The notes below the pieces were generated by a model. It saw only the letters and a program-made list of their open reading frames with translations. It was not told where the DNA came from and ran no database searches. Below, piece after piece: positions 55,040-64,000 of a DNA stretch of 64,000 bases (position 1 is its first letter; each line of letters begins with the position of its first letter). The stretch lies in assembly GCA_003971905.1 (NCBI GenBank), contig RSEE01000110.1, forward strand, positions 1-64,000. The letters run 5' to 3'. Source of the stretch: Moniliella sp. 'wahieum'. Taxonomy: Eukaryota. The position numbers were made by a program, and so were the translations under genes.

Positions 55040-56706
55040 ATGCAACCAGACGCGCCCGGGGTCCCCGCGCCTCTTACCGACGCTCCTGCCCCCATCCCCC
55101 TGCCTTCTCTCCCCCATCCTCCCTTCGCGGATGCGGTACCCGGCCATGTGGCTGCTCCCCGGCGCGGTACTTTTGACTTGACCAGTCAGAACCATGCTGG
55201 CCTTTCTCCTCCCTTCGAACCCCCCTCCATTCCCAGCAAGCCGCGTCCGCGTCCCCGACCAGCACGTCCAGGTCCACCACGCGAAATTTCCCAAGGCACT
55301 ACGCCCTCGGCTTCCATCTCGCACCCACCTCGGCTCCCCCGCGCCACTCTTCACCATCCTTCCCCATCCACAACAGTTGCCCCCGTTCCCTCCCTTCCCC
55401 TCGCATCCCCCACCCAACTTCTATCTTTGCAACCTCCATCTATGTCACCCAGGATCAAAGACAAGTTGGTGCCCATCCCCAGCTCGGACCTGTCAGACGA
55501 GCCATCGGAGCCGCAACACGTCCAGCCCACCTCACCCAGGCCTGTCTCGCGTCCTTTGCGGAAACGTCCGATTGTAGCCGAATCGGAGGAAGACGACTAT
55601 CAACCGGGTACTTCCCGACGCGGTGGTACGAAGCCCGAAACGCGAATTTCATCGGAGGATGTAGCTGCGATCCAGGCGGCTCTGGGCCCCCAGAAACGGC
55701 AAACCCGGTCTGCGCGTAAACGCGCGGCTCGCATACCCGATCGCGACGAGGTGCCTGCATCCGATGAGGAACAAGTCTTGACCAAATCACCATCCACTCG
55801 TTCAAGGCCCAAACGCAGGACACCTTCCTCTTCCAAACGGGCACGCAAACCAGTTCACGTATTCGAATCGGACGATGAAGATAGCGGGAAGGAGGATGTG
55901 GTGGTGCCAGCATCCAATTTCGAGCAAGTACCACCCTCGGACGATGAGCCAGATTGGCTGGCTTCTCCCAGCCCCCCACCTCCCAAACGAGGACGCAAGG
56001 AAGCTACAACCAACAAGGGTACGCGTAAGAAGACGACGGCCAAATTATCTCAACCAAAAAACCACCTTCCAACAACAAGGGCAGGTCTGCCCCTCTATCT
56101 TTGGCTGATCATTCCGACCGTGATGAACTATCTCCTCTGCCGACTTCGGAAACTAAAGATTCCCATGCCCTCGGTCGGGAGACGTCGCCTCCAGCCATGG
56201 AGGATACAACGATCCTACCCGTCACCCCTGCTCCGGCCGGTGATGGAGCTCATTCTTCTTCAGGCACTTTACCCATATCTGCGGGCGATGTATCATTCGA
56301 TACGTCCCATGGCAACATTAGCATCACCTCTACCAGCTCCATATCAAAAAGGGAAGGCGATCCTTCTATGGAAAACGTGCGTATTCTCCTCTGCCTTCTC
56401 TATTTTCCTTTCGTTCTGTGCTGACTCCTGCGCTCAGCCCTCACGTCCGTCCTTTCTCCTGGTATGGCCCTCGAGCTGGTCTTACCCGACGGACTCGCAT
56501 CCCTTCCCTTCACCCCGTTTCCACTCGTAAACCCGCTCGTCCTCCCTCGCGCCGGTAGACCTTACCGCCAAGAAACCGGACAAAAAGGTGGGTCAAGCTT
56601 AGGCGCACATCGGGTCTACTCAGATTGTGATACAGAGGAGGAAGAGGAACGGTTGGCCGAACAGCGACGCAAGCAATTTGAAGAGGTCGACGAGGGCTAC
56701 CTTTAG
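55040..56706 (+). CDS. Low-complexity basic/acidic protein with a C-terminal RAGLTRR.RI.SLHP motif
   Basis: Long ORF with NLS-like patches (RKRP, PPPKRGRK); intron ~56377-56437; motif YGPRAGLTRRTRIPSLHP in a shifted frame. Confidence 0.6.
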
Positions 56707-58068
56707 GTTGCCAGCTCCCCACCTACTTCGTTGGTTAGATCCTATTATCTCAGGTCTTCATTTTTCTTTCATCATTACTACCACAGAGGGTTCAATGTTC
56801 CTGGGGCACTTTGATGCCGCCTTCAATGGATACATTGAAGCGGTACCATTGTCAATGTGGAAAATAGGATCGTTCAGAAATTACTGGGAAAAGGCACTGC
56901 GTGTTGCTGTTGCTACGTTTTCTATAACTCGCTGAAGGGACCACACAGCTCGGCGACAATCTCAGCCGCCGAGGAAATGTGATGGATGCCCCCGACGAGG
57001 AGGAGACGGTGATGTAACCACTGGCCACCAAATCCCCTCGTGCAGAGCCACCTGATAAGGACTCCGTGTCTTGTCTATGCTCTCCACGCCCTTGAGGGGA
57101 GGAATGATCCGCGAGGATTGTGTCCGTTATCGGAATGAGGACACGCTATGGATCATAGACACTCGTTGGCCCTTTGTAACCATTCCGGTTTCACACACCT
57201 CTGTGACACAGGGACGCCAATCTGCCATAGTTTGGCTGTTCTTGTTGCTTCTTCCCCACGAATGCCGATTGATACATTCCTTGACCTATTAGTCGCGACT
57301 CTCTGGTCTCCCTCCGACCCAGATAGCCCCGACAGTGTGACATCAAAACTCGAAGCTTCAAGCTTCATCCGATAGTCTTGTCGTGCATTTTTCCCACAAC
57401 GTTTCAATGGTCTGATGGTGACATCGAAATAGTAAGTTCACCTAGTCATATTGGCCACCTCAAGATCAAGAAGGCTCAGCGCTCCAGCGATCTATAGAAA
57501 ATTGTACCGCGACTTTAACACTACCAAGTAAAACCTGCTATAGTATATGATCAAAGAGAGCGCTGACAACAGTCACATGCAGTCTCACCCGCCGCGGTTA
57601 GCGAAATGTACCAGAGGCGCGTGTCGTCGAATCCGAAGTTGGGGAGGAGAGAAAGTCGACTGAGGGGGAGACAACAAGGTGCACGGATCGATAATGCATA
57701 GGCCAGGGCCGGAATCAACCGCACAGAAGGAGAGCGAAACAGAAACCCAGAGAGGTTATACTAACCAACACATCGCGGCTTCAACAAAAAGGGTGGAGAA
57801 ACCCTCCATAGCTGTGGTGGTGTTCGGTCTCTCTCCTATTCATTACAGGTTCAGGGATATAGCCGAATGCAGTATATAGAGATATACGACAGATACACCC
57901 TATAGCCGGACTCGCCTAGTAGAAATCACGAGGCGGTGAAACCAGGGAATTACAGCCGTGTGCGCCAGACACAGTCGCGGCATTATATCAGGATGCGCTT
58001 GGAATCCCCCAATCCCTGCAAACCCACATCATCTGATCCTCTCCGCTACTATACTACCATCAACATCC

Positions 58069-60253
58069 ATGATCGACCGCCTGCCCTTTGAGATCCTTCT
58101 TCATATCGCAGGCAGCGGCCACATATCTCCTCGTGACCTTATCCACCTGTCGTGGACTTGTCATGGTGCGCACAGCTCCCCGTTTGCATCACCAACTGCA
58201 TCACCCTACTCTGCTATGTTGGGGACGGCATCTGTAAAGTCTGGGCGGAAGTGTCGGATCCGCTGACTCTCTGTGTGCTCTTCGCAGATCTCCATGCTAC
58301 TGTGCAGGACGAAAATCTGTGGCGTTATGCCGCTCTACCTCTTCTCCACCTTCCATCCTTGGCCACCACTCCCCGAGGCCACCCAGTGCGCGGGTTTCGA
58401 GGTGGTGCCGCGCACGTGGCAGGGACTTCTCGTTGCCTGTGAGTTGTTAGAGGAACGGCTCGGGTGGACCATGACTGGGACCTCTCTACTGCTTACTGAT
58501 GAGGAGTCCTCATCCTCTCTCCTACGGAAGGTTAAACGTCCATCTTTGGCGACGACGCGCTCCGAAAACAGAACCCGATACATCTCCAGGTCCACATTGC
58601 CACGGGTCTCGCTAGTGTGCACTGCGATCTGTCGTTTGGCCTGTCCGTGTGGGCCCAGTTGCCCATCTACACGCATGCCCCAACAACGGTTATGCACCGG
58701 ATGCGCCGGAATCATATTAAAGAATTTGACGATCGCCGATTTAAGCAGAAGGGGAACATGGTTGTCATGAAGGGTGTGTTTGGATGTTCATCATCCAAAG
58801 CCCACTGGTCCTGTCGGGCGATGGAAGGCGAAATCTTTGACGGTGCGATGGTGCTGGAAGAGGGCTGGCTTTTGCTCCGGTGGTTCGTCGAAGTGCCCCC
58901 GCGACGTTATCGCGTGATGAAGCCCTCCAGTACCACCACCATCGCGTCGCGGTATATCGAGCAAGGGCATTCCCCTCTGGAGGCTTTCAAGCCCATGAGT
59001 GTCACGAATGGGACAAAGCCTATGACGTTGTACCTCAAGGAACATTTCGCGGCTGTCGTTCAATACCCTTACTTGTATACTTTGTGCGTGAATCCTCATC
59101 CTAAATTGAGAATCGTGCGCACAGCTTGTACCTGACCTGTGGGTGATCGGGGTGAATCTCATCAGAGTTATCCCCCAACTGCCGACGGCCAGGTTGAACT
59201 TGCCACGTGCAATCTCCTCACACAAGAGAGGAGGGAGGAAGTGGCACTAAAACTCGGCGATATGGCTCATGGTTTGCGTTTCCCTACTGCCATTCACATC
59301 AGCATTGATCGGGAGTGGGGCTATGTTTGGGACGAATGTACGTGGATCCTTTTCGAACATGCAACTGGCAAGTGCATCGGCAACTTTGCCCAGCTCATGT
59401 CGGCCCAAGCCGGATTAAGATGCGCCGGTTCTATTTACGCTTCAAGGCCCGGCCACCCCTCACGACCAAAGTCGCTCGTTCCCGACGCCCGCGCTACATT
59501 GCCAGATTTGGACAACATGAACTTCTGTGTGGTTTACTCCCTGGCCCTCATCGGATACCGGGTCTTCCGTTACTCCAGGCCACGACCACATGGTGCGTCT
59601 AGTGTTGGTCAAACATTACCGTGCCATATTAACCCGGGACTCTCGGGGCCCTCATCCATGGCTGGCAGTGATTGCATCCTTCCGTCACGGCTCCCTAAAG
59701 GGTGCCCGCCCTATTGGGATCGATCGCATGCCGCCGATTTCAAATGCGATTTTGTTATCGACGATGGCCGACGAGCCCTTCTCCCTGTTTTGATTCCCAA
59801 CTGGCACGTAAAACTGACCCTGGGGAACAATCACCGCGTGAATGGACAGTACAAAAAGTCGTTCGGTAGATTTTCCCTGTGGCCGTACCCTCGGTCTACA
59901 CCAGTGTTGGAATGTTGAGGATGGTTCTGATCGATTGGAAGCACGCGTCGCAGCCGGGTGATATTAACGTCGTGGACTTCCCCCTTCCTACTGTCGAGTT
60001 CGATGCGTCATCGTCAGAGCCTGAGGAGGAAACAATGTCGGACACGAAACTCTTCCCTTCCGGGTCGGCCCACGGAGGGGATGAAGTGGGGTTGAGCACA
60101 TGTGCACTGTACAAACAATTTCACCCCGCCAGTCTGCTCACATCGACCAGTGCCACGGTCGTATGCACCTCTTTTAGGGCATCACTGGAAGTAGCTTTAT
60201 CGCTAGTACGTCATACTCCTTTCCAACAGGCACCTGAGTGCAATTGTGGTTAA
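58069..60253 (+). CDS. F-box protein
   Basis: MIDRLPFEILLHIA...PRDLIHLSWTCH|DLHATVQDENLWR (F-box consensus across intron ~58166-58288); downstream ORF pieces joined across frameshifts. Confidence 0.75.
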
Positions 60254-61494
60254 CCCCCGCGGATGTCTATAGTGTGGGACGAAGGAGAAGGCGCGGCTGA
60301 ACACCATCCTCCGGAAAGTCTCTCCTCAGGACACCGATGGGCCTAGAGATGATGCACTGGGCAAAGAAGCCGACCATGCATGTGGTACACTGGGACTGGG
60401 GCAGACGGGCACGCGAGTGGCTGCTGACCCATTGAGGTAACTACAAGCGTCGCAATCGCCCGGAAAGTTGATGGTGCACACCCAAAGGAGTAAAAGTCGA
60501 TAACTAAGCGGCAAATTCTTCTACGCGCCCTCACCAACTTCTATACGAACACTCGCTACGGGTAAAGCAGCGCGAAGTCGTTTTGTTGAGCCACCGCGGG
60601 TGTGGCTCATGTGTTTTGGCCAACCTCCCTTCAGTCCCTCCTGAGGCCTATAGGAGTTCCGTTTTGTTTTCTCCCTTCTGTTTTCCTTGTTCCGCAGCCG
60701 AGGCGGCCACTGGCCGCTTGTTGTTCCTCTGTAGGCGGGTTGCTGGCTGGCTTAGATCGCCACCACCACCCCCTTTTGCCACGTAGTTGGCAATGTCTTC
60801 TACACAATTATAGCTTTACTTCTCGGAAGACTGTCTTTTGGTCTTGTAGTACTAGTACTAAGCAACGCCTGTATAGTAGTATGCCTCACCACAACCTGTA
60901 TCTCGCTCCCGCTTATGCTCGATACTCTTCTCGCCGCTGTATCCGCTGTCTGCATGATACTTAGAGACCTTGCGTCGCTACACCACCAGTGCGATTGCAC
61001 TCCCCCTCTCGCACCATCAGGACTTCAGGTCTCATCACGTCCTCTCACCTGTGGGTTACAGTTTCAAAGTCTTTCACCCTGTCAGTAACGAGATGTCCTT
61101 AGATCCTGTGAGCAGTAGGCAAAATGAAGAAGGGGGCAGCAGGGCTATCAGAAAAGGCACAGACGCGGTGCGTACCAACAGAGTGCCAGCTTGAATACTC
61201 CGTAAACTACCTGGCAAAACTATGCCTGTCTTTGCCGATGGGTTAATAAGCATGCACGAGGACACGCTATGGGAGCGCTTGCATAGGGACATGAAAAGGA
61301 GGCTTGACAAGGCCAGAGAGCAATATGATCAACGTCAGCGCAGGTGCTGACTGTCCTTGACAGTGCCCAAGCCCAGCACGTCAAGATAGGGTAGAAATAC
61401 TCTCCCCGAATTGGCCCCATCTTTGGCGGCGCCTGCACCAATCTCAAGGGAATGGACAAAGGCAGAGACCAGACAGATATATGCGGGGTCGCAT

Positions 61495-61961
61495 TTACTT
61501 CAGGACCTTCTTCTTGCGCAGCTGCGACGAATGGCCACACTTGCGCTTCCGGCAGTTGGTCGCACGGGGAGGAAGACGAGCGTAGCACTTGCGGCAGATC
61601 TGCTTTTCAACGTTGGTCTTCGAGGCGAGCACCTTGAGCGAGGGCTCAATGATACCACCGAGAAGGCTAAAGACATATAACGCGAAGTACGTCAGTACAC
61701 TTCAGAAGCAGATCGCTGCGCCCCTTGAGGTTGGGATCAAACATACCTCAGCGACATGTGCAACGTCGAGTCCTTCTGGATGCCGTAGTCGGCAAGGGTG
61801 CGGCCATCGGCGAGCTGCTTGCCAGCGTAGAGCAGGCGCTGCTCGGCGGCGGGGATGCCGTCACGCGCAAAGTTGAGAGCCTTGACCGACTCGACGGTAG
61901 CCTCGGGAGCCACAGCCAGGGTCAGGGTGTTGCCCCGAACAGAGTTGACGAAGATCTGCAT
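61495..61961 (-). CDS. RPL40: Ubiquitin-like leader fused to ribosomal protein eL40
   Basis: Exon 61961-61747, intron 61746-61667, exon 61666-61495; eL40 part [52 protein letters not shown]; 76-aa Ubl ending SLLGG. Confidence 0.95.
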
Positions 61962-62619
61962 CTCGAAAGACCTGGAATGAAAAGGAGAGGACAGCGCGTC
62001 AGTACATCAAGATCCCAACATGCGGCAAGAAGATGTGGCGAGAAGGGAACCCAAGTCACCGCCCTTGGCTGGGACAACCCTGGACCACCGAAGTAGAGGG
62101 TTCAGGACAAGAGTAGCCGCACCCATTCTGGATCCACATAGCCAAAGACGCAATTGCGTCTCATCTGGCCCAGAGCCGACTCAAGTTGGGACTCACCTCA
62201 GATCGCTTGGTGTGGTGGACAGCAAACCGCCAAGTCGGGCTTGCGAGAGCAGACAACGGGCATCCGGCCAAGCGAGCGCACCCCTGCGCTCAGAACAAGG
62301 CACTGCCCCTGTCCCAAATTGGCCTTCACGGCCGCAGCAGGACATCGGTGTGGTGCTCGCTCCCCCATGCGCAGATGTTTTATTGCGCCGGACCAAAAAG
62401 GGCGACCAACCCTAATACCATTTTGAAACGAATCTTTGACGCGCAATGTTTCTATTTGTCAACTCAGCTACTCGTCCGGCCGCGTGCTCTTAGCACGCTT
62501 ACGGAAGCGCGCGAGTATAAAACGCGACGCGAGAATGATGGTTCCCCCGATACGCAACTGATTGCACAGGCAGGAATAACAACAATGATATGCCAAACAG
62601 GTTACATCCTGGGGAGCGA

Positions 62620-64000
62620 TTAAGTCGCGTTTCAAGTTGGACTGTCAGCGTTCAGCGTCAATAGAAACCCTGGTCGCGATGGCTCCATATCACCACTGTT
62701 GCTCTCCAAAAAGTAGACAGGCTCTGTGCGTGTTCTTTGATACGGTTTCCAGATAGTTGAGTGACCAGTAGCAGGTGTGCTTTCGATGCCAACAGGAACC
62801 AAGATAACTTCGCCGGCAAAAGACACGACAGGTCCATCGGATGGAGCATTAAAACCAGAGGATCCTGATCTCCTGTGACGATTCTCCGCTGGTTCCTTAT
62901 TAAGCGGGGTTGGCGCTATCAACTATCTGAAGAGGAGTAAGCGTTACCTGAACTGTAACCCCAGCTTTTGCAGTGAAGTGTAACCGATGTTAGCCGTAAA
63001 TTCGTAAACGTGTAAAAGAATGAAGGAGGCAAGGGAGAGGTAAAAGGGTGGGTAAAGTAGTGCTGACCACTGAGAGTAGGAGAGAGGTTGGTGGCAGTGT
63101 TGGTAAGCAACAGCTAACCACACACAGCGAGCAAGCCTTAGCTGTCAAGCTGGTCGATCGATCAGGCCGCCTTAGGATAGGTATATGCATGCAGGATGTA
63201 GGGGCTTAGCGCTTATTCCAGAGAGGTAAAGACAGCAGTACGCAGCACATTGTTTGCTTTCAACAGCGCCACACAAAGTCGGACACAGCAAAATGAGAAG
63301 CGGATGAAGGGGTCAGCCAGACTGGGCGTAACAGAAGTTAGGAAGGTGCGGGCGGTTAAACCCGGAGCGATAGCTCCTGGCCATTCGCGGAAGGTGTCCG
63401 CAGTAATGGATAAATTGTCCAGAGGCAGTGGCACATGTGTTTGGATGGCATGAGACTAATACGACATGAGGAGCCCCGGGTCGTGCGTGATAACCGGATC
63501 GTTCCGAAATAAAAAGGCCAGAGCGATTGCGACCCCCTCAAAGGCCACCGCAGCAGCTCATCCATCACAATACTCTTAATGGGCCCACAGCCACTCGCGT
63601 GCCCGTGTGCCCCAGTCCCAGTGCAACACATAGGGCTGGTTAGCTTCCTTGCCCAGTCCTTGCAAGCCCCATCAGTGTCCTGCAGGATGTATTTTCGTAG
63701 GAAGGTTTCATCCGTGCCTTCTCCTTCTTCGTCACATACGGCTATAGACACTCGGGGTTAGCCACCTTGACGCATGGTCGCTTGTTGAAAAGGAGTACGT
63801 ACATGTTCTTTAAGCCATTGCAGCTCACGACTAAGGGGGTGCATGCAACGGTGGCACTAGTCGATGTGAGAATGCTGGAGGAGGAAAGAAATTGGTTGGA
63901 CAGTGCATGGTGCTCAGCCACTTGGCCCCCTCCGGAGACGGACCCTCAACAGAAAAGTCGGTGCCCAACATGTTGGCTCCGAAGAAGCGTCCACCCTCAC
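62620..64000 (-). CDS. 3' part of a hypothetical multi-exon gene entering from beyond the window end
   Basis: Chain of minus-strand ORF pieces (63356-63751, 63213-63434, 62632-62922) with intron-like signals; no family recognised. Confidence 0.35.

Noticed and set aside
57660..57680. GAGGGGGAG resembling a copia polypurine tract
   Set aside because: Not followed by a TG-starting LTR and no upstream pol remnants recognised
57138..61271. Shared 15-mer GAGGACACGCTATGG at ~57138 and ~61258, either side of the F-box gene
   Set aside because: Similarity does not extend on either side and no element structure is visible; may be chance

Overview
Gene-dense, GC-rich eukaryotic window from a fungus. 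Short GT-AG introns with CTRAC/CTAAC branch points and the gene set point to a basidiomycete, possibly Ustilaginomycotina-like; this taxonomy is inference. Most genes, including EF-1alpha, carry 1-2 nt indels, which suggests an unpolished long-read consensus, so gene models were stitched across frames and boundaries are approximate. Recognisable genes in order: UBC13, NSR1/nucleolin, a DHDPS-family aldolase, a Sak1/CaMKK-type kinase, a damaged M13 peptidase, SNF12/SMARCD, TEF1, CNB1, a Gti1/Pac2 factor, SEN54, SYP1, a C2-RasGAP, an SNG1/DUF3533 protein, a RIM1-like mitochondrial SSB, PRM10/ThrE, BFR2, RRP4, a KAR3-like kinesin-14, an F-box protein and an eL40 fusion gene. A nest of LTR relics and a degenerate tRNA-Ala lies at about 21.5-23.1 kb, and a copia RT fragment at about 43.3 kb. 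The most striking observation is the ubiquitin moiety fused to eL40. It is only about 55% identical to ubiquitin, ends SLLGG instead of RLRGG, and has lost four of seven lysines and the L8/I44/V70 patch, so it looks like a FUBI-type ubiquitin-like leader rather than true ubiquitin.
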